DNA of 64,000 nucleotides from Octopus vulgaris (GCA_951406725.2 OX597815.1:92938001-93002000), one strand, 5' to 3'; shown: positions 37,400 through 50,239, numbered from the stretch's first letter. The notes: generated by a model not told the origin, from the sequence alone. Made by a program: numbers and translations.

Positions 37400-38168
37400 A
37401 AAATGACATCTCATTTTAACAGGCATATTTACCAAAATTACATAAAAATATCTTGAAATACTAAAGAGTAAATTTATTCAATAAAATCGCCATTAGCTTC
37501 AACCACAGCCTCCAGAAGACTTTAGAATTTCCTGCAACTCTTCTGGATGGTCTTCTTGTTTAATTTGGTGAATGCTACCATAATCGTTGCCTTCAGTTCG
37601 TCTTTGGTGTTACAAGGAATTTTGATGGTCTCTCTCTCTCAACTACGCTCCACACATAATAATCAAGGGGTTGCAGTTAGGGGTGATGTGATTGCAGAAA
37701 TTGTCTGGCAACCATAACTGTGTTCTCCTGCATATGTGGCAAGGTACAGAGTCCTGTTGCAAGACAGGGTCTTCCAGCAGCCACTCTCTTCACCCGGAGC
37801 AGCACTACAACTTCCAAGCACTTGATGTATGCCTCTATGTTGAGTCTGAGGCCATGTGGGAAGATGGATGAAAGCATAACATTGCCATCACTAGTGATCA
37901 CTCCAAACACCATGATGTTGACTACATGCTTGATTTTTATCACTCTCAGTACATGTTCATATTGGAGCTTCCGGTACAAATGCCAAGCTGTACAGCATGC
38001 TTTTCCAAATTTCTGGTTGAGTGAACTGCGTCATGGTGCCGTTTTTTCTCACAGACGTTGCCCAACTGACCCTACTATACTGTGTAGTCGACAAAATCAA
38101 AAACAAACAACGTGCATGTGCAAAATTAAAAATATAAAATGGCAACAATTTACCCATCACATCCTGTA
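37400..38168 (-). mobile_element. DD37D/maT-like transposon with an internal deletion
   Basis: KH.VNIMVFGVITSDG..., frameshifted QQDSVPCH, NPLDYYVWSVVE, CNTKDELKA, LEAVVEANGDFIE*. The 5' end matches 6020-6243. Confidence 0.9.
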
Positions 38169-38174
38169 TGCATA

Positions 38175-38204
<30 letters not shown>

Positions 38205-38209
<5 letters not shown>

Positions 38210-38880
38210 TTGCCATAATTCTCATATATTCCCAACTATCATTCTTTATCATGATTTTGTTACTTTCTCTAATAACCTTTGAATCATATCTCTTTAAATA
38301 CTTGCCATAATTCTCATATGTTTCCAACTATCATTCTTTATCATGATTTTCTCCCCAGCGATAGAGTCATTGACTGCCTCATTACTCTCTTCTTGCTGCT
38401 ATTTCGATTTCCTTGTGGCAAAGCTAGCCGCTTATTTGACCACTTCAGATTGTAGATTATATAAAGAACCCTCTGCACATGGTTTTTCCCAAACCTTCAC
38501 ATCAATTACCCTGCAATTTGACACTAACATATCACACCAAATGACCAACTTCTAAGCTAAGAAATTTCTCTAGTTTTTAATTGCTCATCATTTTTTTCAT
38601 TCATTTAATATATTACTAACATGCTAACATTCTTGAGATAAAATAACTTGCATAACCTGTAATTCATTACTTTCTCTAGTAACTTTTGAATCGTATCTCT
38701 TTAAATATTTTCCATAATTCTCATGTGTTCTCAACTCTCATTCTTTATCATGATTTCCCCCAACTCCCAGCAATAAAGTCTCTCTCTGCTTCATTATTGT
38801 TTCTTTGCTGCTATTTCGGTTTTCTTGTAGTGAAGCTAGTCATTGTTTGTTCATGATGGCGAAGCTAACCATTGCTTGTT
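38205..38880 (+). repeat. Degenerate local tandem repeats
   Basis: ccataattctcat..ccaactatcattctttatcatgattt at ~38213, 38305 and 38712; downstream blocks 38350-38440 and 38760-38880 are also similar. Confidence 0.8.
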
Positions 38881-39125
38881 TGCAATGCACCCACCCTTTC
38901 CTAGTAATCCCTTCTATCGTACTGGTAATCTCTTCTCTTATACTGAAAACTCCTACAGAGAAAACTCCTCACTTCGGCATCAGAAGACCTGCATACTTCT
39001 GTCCCTCCCTTCTCATCAAACCACCTTCCTCCTGCTTTCTCTCTCCCTCCCTTTCTCTCTCCCTCTCTATCTATCTATCTATCTATCTATCTACCTATCT
39101 ATCTGTCTATCTGTCTATCTATCTA

Positions 39126-39167
<42 letters not shown>

Positions 39168-39459
39168 GCACTAACAAAATAGCTGCCCATTTACTGACTT
39201 AATTTAGCTTTGGCATATTTGTATTTGCAGCTGTAACACTTATATTTATAATGCTCATAACACTTATATTTACAATGCTTTATATTACTCTTACCCCCCC
39301 CCCCCCCAGTAGAAAAACAATTTTAACATTTGAATGATGATAGGTTACAAGCAAGAACAACTGATGTGATATGTTTGTTATCAAATGATCACAGAAACCT
39401 TCTTTTCAGGTGCTGAATAACATCTCTCCTTTCCATGTCCCCTCCCACATCTCTTTCCC

Positions 39460-42242
39460 AGTTTTCAGAGTCGGCACTGTCAATGTAGGCACATTGAGAT
39501 GTAGGTCTAGTGAGATTGTTGAGATACTTGAACCGAGGCATGTTGACGTATGCTGCATCTAAGAGGTAAGGTGAAGAGTTTCAGCCAGGTTCCTCACAGG
39601 CAAGACACATAAGTATAGAATCTACTGGGAAGGTAACAATGATGGAATAGGTGATGTGCAATAGAATGCTTAAGCTCAGGCTAGTCTTGCAGAATAGTAT
39701 AGCTACAATTATCTCTACCTACACCCCAAAAGCAAGCCTAACAAATGAACAGAAGGACCATTTTTATGATATTCTTCTGCAGGCTACCTCGAAGATGAGG
39801 GACAATGATCTCATCTTTGAGGCTGAGGATTTCAATGGGCATGTTGGATGGCAGCCTGGCTTCTTCTATGGTGTACATGGGTGCCATAAAATTGGTTCCC
39901 AAAACGAAGAGGGAATGAAGCTACTGGGATTCTGTGATGCAAATAACCTATTGATCTGTAGCACCAATTTCAGGAAGCCAGGTAGCCAGATCAATTAAAT
40001 TCTCATCAGAAAGCAGGATGCGTGGTTGCTTTTAAATACAAAGACCCTCCCTGTTGAAGAATGTACACCTACACCCACCCCAGCATAAACTAGTCATTAG
40101 TGACTTTAGACTTCAGACCAGAAGGATGCCAAGAAGCATACCAATCTAGAAAAGAAAGATTTGGAAGCTTAAAGACCCTTCATATGGACAGAGATTTAGG
40201 GACATCCAAATTGAGAAATTTGATGATAGGGAGGAAGAGCTACAGACTTGTGACATAGAGGGCAACTGGGATCTTGTACAGCTTGCTGAGTGACACAGAC
40301 TAAATCTGTGGTTGGTGCAAAGTTCCTTCAAGACCTAGGGTAACATGGTGATAGAACAATACTGTAGACAGGGCCATTAGAGCAAAGAAACAGGCCTGGA
40401 AGAGTTGGGGTAGCAGGGCACTGTATCAGATAGCCAGAAGGGAAGCTAGGAGACAGGTATATCTAGCCAAGGGAGAAGCAGAAAAGACGTTTGACTATGT
40501 TCAGTGATGTGAGGGCCAAACAACTGAAATATTTTGGATTGCAAGACAGTGTGTGAGAGAAAATTGTGATGTCATAGGAGAGAAATGTGTTTGTATGGAT
40601 GATGGTGCACTTGCATTTAATGATTCTGCAAAGGAAGAGGTTTGGTGATACCACTATGAAAGACTGCTGAACATGGAGAATAAATTGGAGGAGGAGAGTC
40701 TGCCAAATGTTGACCCAATTGCGAGACAAATTACCTGAATCAACAGTACCCTTATCGATAAAGCAATTAAGGATATGAAGAGAGAGAAAACCCCGGCCCA
40801 TAAGGCATCATTACTGAGATGCTTAAAATATCTGGTGGTGTGGGTTATGGTTTAGTCACCCGTATTGTAAATCAGGTGGTTCATGGAGTCATACCCAATG
40901 ACTGGTGTACCTGCACCATAGTGAATTGCTACAAAGATATCAAATTGTTGGATCAGGTGATGAAAGTTACGGAGAGGGCCATAGCCCAACTAATTAGGAA
41001 AAGAGTCTAGATGAGATGCATTTTGGTTTTGTTCCAGGTAGAAGCACCACTAATGCTATATTTCTGGTAAGGCAGCTGGAGGAGAAATACCTAACCAAAG
41101 ATAAACCTCTGTACTTAGCATTTGTTGACTTGGAGATGCACCTGGTTTAAGTTTTGGACACATAAAAGATGCAGCAATATCAGAGGAAGTTTAACAGGGA
41201 AACTAGCTTTTGACTCCATCGACTGTCAGGGGGACAAGCTAAAAGTAGTAGATAGCTTCCATTATTTAGGTGACCAAATTAGTAGTGGAGGTGAATGCCC
41301 TGAGTGTAGCTGTGAGAATAAGATTAGGATGGGCAAAGTTCAGAGAGCTCCTACTTCTGTTGGCAACAAAAAACTTATCTCTCAGGCTGAAAGGCAGATT
41401 GTATGATACATGTGTGTGAACAGCTATGCTACATGGCAGTGAAACATGGGTTGTGACAACCGAGGACATATGTAGGCTTCAAAGAAATGAAGCCAGTATG
41501 CTTCGCTGGATGTGTAATATCAGTGTGCATGTTTGACAGAGTGTAAGCATCTTGAGAGAAAAATTAGGCATAAGAGGAATGACAGCACTGGTATGATCAT
41601 GTGATGCATGTGGATGAGGACAGCTGTGTACAGAAGTACCGATCTCTAACTATGGAGGGAACCTGTGGCAGCGGTAGACCCAGGAAGACATGGAACAAGG
41701 TGGTGAATCATGATCTTTGAACTTTGAGTTTCACAGCAACTGAGGTCTTTGGCAATATGCTGTGATTGAGAAGACCTGACAAGCCAAGTGAAATTGTAGT
41801 CATGACTGATGCTGGTGTCATGTAACTGGTACCTGTGTTGGTGGTGCATAAAGAGCACCTTTCAAGCATTGGGTCTCACAGAGGTGAGTTCCTTTAGAGT
41901 GTTGGGCCTCTCAGAGGCGAGTACCTTTTGAGCTTTGGGCCTTATGGAGGTGAGTTCCTTTTGAGTGCTGGGCCTCTCAGAGGCAATGACCGAGACCTTT
42001 GGAATTATGTCGTGCTTTAGAAGAAGATCCCTCAAGCTGAACAAAATCACAGTTGTGACAGATGCCGGTGTCATGCAAATGGCACAATTAAGCAGCCATT
42101 ACACAGAGTAGTTGGCTTTAGGAAGAGCATCGAGCTGTGGAAACTGTGCCAAATCAGACTGGAGTCTGGTTCAGTCTTGCAGCTTGCCAGTCCTGGTCAA
42201 ACTGTCCAACCCATGCCAACATAGACCATAGACATTAAATGA

Positions 42243-42245
<3 letters not shown>
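39460..42245 (+). mobile_element. Near-full-length decayed RTE LINE (APE endonuclease, RT with internal deletion, 3' UTR)
   Basis: [64 protein letters not shown], then a jump at ~41135 to WTHKRC; ends in a (GAT)n tail. Confidence 0.95.
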
Positions 42246-42280
<35 letters not shown>

Positions 42281-42283
<3 letters not shown>

Positions 42284-42660
42284 CACTGGCATGACTGTGT
42301 AGTAAGAAGTTTGCTTCCCACCCACATGGTTCTGGGTTCAGTACCAGTGTGTGACTCTTTGGAGAAGTGTCTTTTACTAGGTCAATCAAGGCCTTCTGAG
42401 TGGATTTGTTAGATGGAAGACAATCATGTGTGTGTGTGTGTGTGTGTGTGTGCACATGCATATATGTATGAATATATATATATATATGTATCTATGTGTG
42501 TGTGTTTGTTCCCCACTACTGCTTGATAACTGGTGTTTGTTTACATCTCCCATAACCGAGCAGTTTGGCAAAAGAGACTGATAGAGTAAGTACCAGGCTT
42601 AAAAAGAAGTACTGGGTCGATTTGTTCAAGTAAACACTTGACCACAATCCAACGGTTGAA
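42281..42660 (+). mobile_element. tRNA-derived SINE, near complete
   Basis: ggcactggcatgactgtgtagtaagaagtttgcttccca.ccacatggttctgggttcagt (A/B boxes), (TG)n middle, and 3' part ...gatagagtaagtaccaggctt. Confidence 0.85.
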
Positions 42661-42674
42661 ACACATATATGTAT

Positions 42675-43992
42675 GACATGGAGAAAGCCTTTGACAGGGT
42701 CCACACTTCTTTATCTGGTGGTCATTGCAGATAAGTAGATGATTGGTTGGTGAGAGCTGTACAAGCCATGTACAGGGATGCTGTCAGTAAGGTGTAGGTT
42801 GGCAGTGAGTATAGCAACAAAGTCAGTGTACAGGATCAGTTCTTAGCATCCTCTTGTTCTTCATAGTCTTCATGGCTAAAACAGAGGAATGTCAAGGTCT
42901 GGAAGCAAAGAGCTTTAGAGTTAATTAAGCAAAGATGAAAATTTTAGTAAGTAGGAAAACAGACAAATCACAAATCCCTTTAAGGAGGTGACCCTGCTCT
43001 ATATGTAGAAACGGTGTAGGTAGAACTCCATAAGGTGTACCCAGTTCAAGCTATGGACACATAAGAAGTGCAGCAATATCAGAGGAAGGTTAACAGAGAA
43101 AGTAGTCTTTGTGTGTAGCAGACTATAGGTACAATAGACACTTGAAATGCTCAGAAAATATAAATTGTCAAAAGGTGGGGGGATACTAAGAAGTAGTAGA
43201 CAGCTTCCATTATCTAGGTAGCCAAGTCAGCAGAGGAGGAGGATGCTCTGAGAGCATAGCTGCTAGAATAACAATGGACTGGGCAAAGTTCAGAGAGATT
43301 CTACCTATGTTGGTAACAAAGGACCTCTCCCTCAGACTGAAAGACAAATTGCATGATGTCTGTGTGTGAACAGTCATGCTACATGACAGTGAGACATGGG
43401 CTGTGACTGCAGAGGACATGCAAAGGCTTGAAAGAAATGAAGCTAATATGCTCTGCTGGATGTGCAATATCAGTGTGCACAAACGACAGTGTAAGTGTAA
43501 AATTGGGTATAAGAGGCATCAGATGTAGTGTGTAAGAGAGAAGGCTGCACTGGTATGGTTATGTGATGTGTATGGACGAAGACAGCTGCATGAAGAAGTG
43601 CTGATCTCTAACTATGGAGGGAAGCCGTGAAAGAGGTAATCTCAGGAAGATGTAGGACAAGGTGGTGAAATATGATCTTTGGATGTTGAGTCTCATGCAG
43701 GTGTTGACAAGTGAGTGCGACTTTTGGTGATTTGCTGTGCTTGAGAAGACACGTCAAGCCAAATAAAATCATAGTCACAGCCAGTGTTAGTGACACATGA
43801 AAGGTACCCCTGCCAGTGGCATAAAAGACACCTTGCACACTCTGGAGTGGTTAGTGTTAGGAAAAGCATCCAGCTGCAGAAACCAAGCCAAAACAATCTG
43901 GAGCCTCATGCAGCTCTCTGGCTTACCAGCTCCAGTCAAACTATCTTACCTATATTAGCATAGGAAACAGATGCTAAATGATGATGATGATG
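42675..43992 (+). mobile_element. Decayed RTE LINE, RT to tail
   Basis: DMEKAFDRV, QGSVLS.LLF, Cys/His finger, FHYLGS, ETWAVT, LHWYG; (GAT)n tail. Confidence 0.92.
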
Positions 43993-44012
43993 TATGTGTG
44001 TGTGTGTGTGGG

Positions 44013-44046
<34 letters not shown>

Positions 44047-44119
44047 CATATATATACATACACACATGTATGTATGTATATACATATATCATCATTATGT
44101 ATATATACATATATATATA

Positions 44120-44636
44120 TGTAATATTTTTTTATATATATTAAAGAATACGTGTATCATGTTTAATGTATTAATATTAATATTTTTAAAGTTCCTTATC
44201 ACCTCTGACGAGGCCTATGGTTATATATATAAGTATCCTATTTTTAAATGCCTACAACCTCAGTATGTTGACACCTATAGGCAATAAAAATAAAATTAAC
44301 TACTTTTAGCCATAGGCTGAAACAGCTGTAAGAAGTGATTTTAATGATTTCAATAATTTATATTATGACTTTTATAATTTGTATTCTTATCTTATAAGTA
44401 TTGAATTATAAGATATATATGTACGCTATTGAGGTTCTCATTTTAATAATTTAAAAATTAAAAAATTTTTTTTAAATATAAAAATATAATAATTTATAAA
44501 TATAAATTTAAAAATTTCAAATTTTAAATTTTATATTCTATATATATATATTGTACATTATATTATTTATTTTTTTATGTTTTGGTTTATGTCTATCACT
44601 GTTAGTGTTGCCTAATAGTGGTTTTATCTCTAATTC

Positions 44637-44645
<9 letters not shown>
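44120..44645 (+). mobile_element. AT-rich HHR-bearing pseudo-LTR-like element in (TA)n
   Basis: Flanked by (TA)n, hammerhead at 44198-44339, and a 3' motif shared with the palindrome at 19777-20023. Confidence 0.75.
44198..44339 (+). ncRNA. Type I hammerhead motif with intact core and very large loop II
   Basis: atcac ct CTGACGA ggcctatggtta [~83 nt] tagccataggct GAA ACAGCTGT A ag aa gtgat; predicted cleavage after GUA at 44330. Confidence 0.85.
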
Positions 44646-44681
<36 letters not shown>

Positions 44682-45962
44682 TAAATATAAATACACACGC
44701 ACACACACACACACACATACATCTTTGTATATGTATGTATATGTATGTGTGTGTGTATATGCATTGCATCAACTATTCATGAAGATAAACTATGGTTTAT
44801 TTACTTTAAAGTTCAGTGTTTTATCAATAAGGGCAAGTGACTGTGCATGTGAGTTGATAAAGAAATGGAAAAAACAAAAGTAAAGCATTTTACTAGTTTT
44901 ACAAGTAGGTAAAAGCAAGGTTAATAACTATCACCAGTTATGTGCAATCTCAAGTAGGAGCATCTTACATGGTCACTCAATTTGCTAGAAATAGCAGATA
45001 AATTCTTCCTCATATAATATACAACTTAAAAAAGGAATGATGAGTCTTAAAAAAGACGAGCCTGTTATAGTTGGAATGCCTCTGAACATAGGTTTGCTTG
45101 ATCAGATCTTAACTGGGCCTAAACAACAACAAATTTTTGTAACTTATGATAAACTGTTGGGTTGGCAGAATCAGCAGATTGTTGTGGGTTTTAGTTGCAT
45201 TCCTTTACATTTTGAGTTCAAATCCTATTGAGGCTGCGTTTATCTTTCATCCTTCTGAAATCAATAAAATAAATACTATACATATACTGGGGAAGATAAA
45301 GCGGACTGTTTCTTCTCCCTAAATTTGTAGCAAGGCAGGATATAACAGATTGTTCCTTTCCTCCAGATTTGTAACTGTCTCAATGTTAAAAAACAAAGCA
45401 ATGTAAAACTAAATGAGGAATCTCTGTGGTCATTCAAACTGCTAGAAATAGTAGTTAAATTTCCCTGAACTAACACACTACCAACTAGAAAAAGATTATC
45501 AAATAATGTCCTAAATACCGTTATAAAATTGGGATAGTGACAGGTGGAATGCTTTGAATAGGTCTATTTAACCTGGCGCTAAACAACATCAATTAATACA
45601 ATAATGCTTTGTATATCTCTTCCTCCCTTAGATATACCTGATTAAACAGACCTATGCTATGTAGGTAGGTATTCAAATGGTTGGGTGAAATTCACACATT
45701 AAGTTAGAATACCATGCTTCTATCAAGCTGAGAACTGCACTGCATGCTCTGACATGCAATGGTTTATCATGTGAAGTCCAGGCATGTGTCTCCTTTATTG
45801 TCTTTGTTTTTGAATAAAAATTCAGAAAAAATTCAATGCAGCTGAGAAGAATAGACTCGTAGTTCTCTACAACATAACACTAGTATTCTTTTAAAATCCT
45901 TCACCCAATTTTATCTAATTCTATCACATTGTTAAGAGAAGAATGTGTGTGTGTGTGTATAT

Positions 45963-47850
45963 ATCATCATCATCATCATCATTTTTACCGTCCGCTTTCC
46001 ATGCTAGCATGGGCTGGACGATTTGACTGAGGACTGACGAACCAGATGGCTGCATCAAGCTCCAATCTGATCTGGGAGAGTTTCTACAGCTGGATGCCCT
46101 TCCTAACGCCAACCACTCCGAGGGTGTAGTGGGTGATATTTAAATTTCACTGGCACAGGAGCCAGTCAGGCGGCACTGGCATCAACCATGTTTGGATGGT
46201 GCTTTTTATGTGCTACCATCATGGGAAGCCAGCCAGATGGCACTGGCATTGACCCATGCTTAAGTGGTGCTTATTACATCCCACCAGCACGGGTGCTAGT
46301 CAGGCCGCACTGGCATCAGCCACAACTACAATTTCCATTTTGATTTCAATCTTGATTTTGATTTTGATTTTACTTGACTCAATAGGTCTTCTCAAGTTCA
46401 GCGAATCGCCCAATGATTCATGGATACTTTTAAATGGGCTGGTTATGTGATACTGGTGTAAGCTACAGTTGTGATATTACTTTACTTGCTGGGTCTTCTC
46501 AATCACAGCATATCTCCAAAGGTCTTAGTCTCCTGTCATTGCCTCTGTGAGGCCCAATGTTTGAAGGTCATGCTTCACCACCTCATCCCATGTCTTCCTC
46601 TTCCACAGATTCCTTCTACTGTTAGGGTGTAACGCTTCTTCACACAGCTCTCATCCATATGCAGCATATGACCATACCAGTGCAGTCGTCTCTCTTGTAC
46701 ATCACATCTGATGCTACTTATGTCCATCATGCTTACACTCTGGTGTGCATGCACACTGACATTACACATCCAGCGAAGCATACTAGTTTCATTTCTTTCA
46801 AGCCTACATATCTCCTCAACAGTCATGGCCCATGTTTCATTGCCGTGTAGCATGGCAGTTTGCACATATGCATCATACAGTCTACCTTTCACTCTGAGCA
46901 AGAGGCCCTTTGTTACCAGCAGAGGTAGGAGCTTTCTGAACTTTGCCCAGGCTACTTTTATTCCAGTGGCAACTCTCTCAGAGCATCCACTCCTACTACA
47001 GACTTGGTCACCTAGGAAGCTGAAATTAGAATTTATTCCACTGGCATGTGATGGAATCTGTCTTCTGAACATCTTCAGTGTTTATTACCCCTGTGCATCC
47101 TTTGATATTACTGCACCTCTTATGTGTCCATAGCTTACACTGGGTACATCTTATGGAGCTTCTACCTCCACCTTTTCTACAGATTGAGCAGAGCCATTTA
47201 CCTGAAGAGGCTTGTGATTTGTCTGCCTTCCTACTTACTAGGACTTTGGTTTTTGCTACATTGACTCTAAGGTCATTCGATTCTAAACCTTGCTTCCACA
47301 CCTGAAATTTCTTCTCTAGTTCTGGTTGTGATTCAGCTATAAGAGTAAGGTCATCAGCATAGAGAATTCTTGAATTCTTCTGTTATTGCCTGGAGGACTA
47401 TGAGGAATAAGAAGGGGCTGAGGACTGATCCTTGGTGAACCCCTACTTCTTAACTATACTCGTTGCCAACCCTCACCTTACTGACAGCATCCCTGTACAG
47501 CTCTCACTAACCATTCGTCTATCCCTAGTTTCCACATTGACCACCAGATAAAAGATCAGGGGACCCTGTCAAAGGCCTTCTCCAAATCAACAAAAGCCAA
47601 GTACAGAGGTTTATCTTTGGCTCGATATTTCTCCTGAGATATATATCAGTGGTGCTTCTGCCTGGCACAAAACCAAACTGCATCTCATCTAGGTTAACTC
47701 TCTCCCTATTCAGTTAGGCTATAACCCTCTCCGTGACCTTCATCACCTGATCCAGCAATTTGATACCCCTGTAGTTATTTCTATCTAAAGCATTACCTTT
47801 ACCTTTGTAGCAGTTAATTATGGTACTGCTACACCAGTCATTGGGTATGA
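45963..47850 (-). mobile_element. Decayed RTE LINE, RT to tail
   Basis: IPNDW...[51 protein letters not shown], Cys/His finger, LHWYGH; (CAT)n at the left end. Confidence 0.95.
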
Positions 47851-47858
47851 CTGTATGT

Positions 47859-47889
<31 letters not shown>

Positions 47890-47890
47890 G

Positions 47891-47933
<43 letters not shown>

Positions 47934-48038
47934 CATATGCACACATATATATATATGTATTTGTACATATATATGTGTGTGTGTCTGGGTGTGTATATGT
48001 ATGTGTATATATATGCATATATATATATATATATATAT

Positions 48039-48149
48039 GATCAGATTGGAGCCTGGCGCAGCCTCCTGGCTTCCCAGACCCCAGTCAAACCATCCAACCC
48101 ATGCCAGCATGGAAAACAGATGTTAAGCGATGATGATGATGATGATGAT
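48039..48149 (+). mobile_element. RTE 3' tail fragment
   Basis: tggagcctgg..gcagcc...cccatgccagcatggaa...(gat)n. Confidence 0.85.
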
Positions 48150-48261
48150 AAACCAGGGTCGAAATTCCCCCAGGACACCTGATGAAATCTGGAGAGTACA
48201 TCAGCCGAAACATGTTAACAACAAACAAGATGAGGACAAATATCTGTCAAATGTAAATAAT
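48150..48261 (+). mobile_element. Short pseudo-LTR-like fragment with a decayed hammerhead (48174-48216)
   Basis: gacac CTGATGA aatctg gagagtacat cagcc GAA ACATGT T; core intact, stems I and II damaged. Confidence 0.55.
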
Positions 48262-48481
48262 CTGTAGATGAGGTCAGAACATTTACTAGAGGAGTATTTT
48301 TCATCATGGACAAGTGAATTTTGGAAGAGGCAGGGGTCTTGCAAGTTTACCAGATAGATGGAAGAACATTGTAGAAAATGAAGGGGAATATATTTTAGAT
48401 TAAAAAAGAAGTTTGTTTATCTTAATTTTGAAAAATAAAAGAAGTATAAAAAAAACTGCACTATTTATGGGATGACCCAAT
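48262..48481 (+). mobile_element. Mariner 3' end with TIR
   Basis: LPDRWKNIVENEGEYILD* and TIR ttatgggatgacccaa; reverse complement of 9795-10005. Confidence 0.9.
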
Positions 48482-48694
48482 TTTTGTGTTGTTGAAAGAG
48501 ACAATGATTATTATTACATTTATGTATGTATATGTGGAACAAAGTGACTCAACAGAGAACAAATCAGCTTGCATCATCATGATGCTCATGAGTCAGGAGT
48601 AAAAGTCTGTGAAATGTTGCAGATGTTTTGTTGGGACCCTAAACAGGACACTTTCAACAACCCACCCAACTGTTGGAAGGAAATGGCATCATAT

Positions 48695-48955
48695 TAATCT
48701 GGTTAAGTCTCAGATCACAATTTATCAGTCAGTTTGTTTAGGTGCCAGCAATAGATATTAAATTAATGTGGTTCAGTCTCAAACAAGATTCCAGTTCATA
48801 TGAGGAGCAGGTACCAGGTTAATGCTGTTTAATCTCAAACTACTGACCACTTGTCAGGGCAATGTGGTTCCATCTTAGATCACAGTTTATCACTCAGTTT
48901 ACCTAGGTGTTAGGAAGACACCAGGTTAATGTGGTTGACAGTAAACCTCAGATCA
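48695..48955 (+). repeat. Degenerate minisatellite-like repeats
   Basis: Recurrent ttaatgtggttcagtctca and agatcaca.tttatca.tcagttt units. Confidence 0.6.
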
Positions 48956-49489
48956 AATTTTATTCAACCACACTATACTGATCTCACTCAGCCTGCCTAC
49001 TGATAAATGAATTTCTTGGGCATAAAAGGCTCGCACTGTATGTTGACATCTATTATTACTATTATTTATATGGATAACTAAAGAGAGAGCCTCTACATGA
49101 TCATTTAGTCTCCTGGTTTTCAACCAAGTTCTTCTAAAATCAAAACCTACTGTCTTTAAAAAAAGCATTGGATCATTTCTGATCCTAGATACATTGTCTG
49201 AGTAGAGTGTTTAAGACATTACAGTCAAGACCATGCAAGAACAATAACTTCAGTATTTGAAATTTCTTTTCAACAGATATTTTGCTATTAATGTGCATAC
49301 AGAATGTCTCTTCTTTTAGGGACTGCTTGACATATTGATGAACAGTCAATGTCTTTGAAGAGCATAAAGACTAAAAGGCAAGATTTATGTCCAACTTACA
49401 TGAATGTTTTGTTAGAACACTGAATACTGTATTATGCTGTAACAAAACATCTATGCTAAGATGGACATAAAGATTACCTTTTGGTATTA

Positions 49490-49803
49490 ATACTACTTAC
49501 AATATTTAGGGCATGATTGTGAAAGACACCTACTGCTCTGCCTGCAACACCAAAGTTGAGTTGGTGGCCAAAAGCAAGTGTTTGATGATCTTGCCAGGTA
49601 CACAATGAAGAACGTATGCACCAGGTTCCAGAGTTTTCAGGCCATGATGGAAGCTGAGGGTGGCTACTTTGAGTAAACTGTTATCTTTCAGCCAGAATCT
49701 AGTTGATATTTTTTGATTCTTTAGAGTGCTTTTATTTTTGGATGGGATATTGTATTTTCCTTTTCTTTTATATAAACTGTCAAATTAGCCCAAACACCCA
49801 GTA
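49490..49803 (+). mobile_element. DD37D/maT-like transposase C-terminus and TIR
   Basis: ACNTKVELVAK...CTRFQ...AMMEAEGGYFE*, ending ccaaacacccag|ta. Confidence 0.7.
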
Positions 49804-50239
49804 TTTCTGTGGACCCCCCCCAAAAAAAAACCCCCCAATATCTTCCCAAACAATAAATTTGAGATATATATTAATATCAAATGTATGCTGAAGAGAGCTA
49901 CATGAAGTATATCTTAAACGAAGCTTAACATTAAATTTATCTTATATCTTAAAACTGTACCTCAATATTGTATCAGACCACGGAATTGACTGGCAAAGTG
50001 ACGTCCTTCAACATTTGGCTGGCAGATATTCTGTCTGCTTGCTGTAAAATTTCTAGCACTACTACTGTAGTCTATGTTCCTCAAAGCTGACTGAAGTTGT
50101 GCCACATCCACTGAGGTCAGACTCACTCATTACTCCCCTCATCATCCATATAGTGCTAATCTTGATAAGTCCCGCACTATCTGTTACATCCTATCTTTTC
50201 TCCCAGAATGTCAACATCCTGGAATTTTCACCTTGCAGC

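Noticed and set aside
37720-38310. 196-aa plus-strand ORF
   Set aside because: Antisense of the maT transposase relic, running into (TA)n.
42281-42355. tRNA-like A/B box sequences (also 54030-54100, 61527)
   Set aside because: SINE heads, not cloverleaf tRNA genes.
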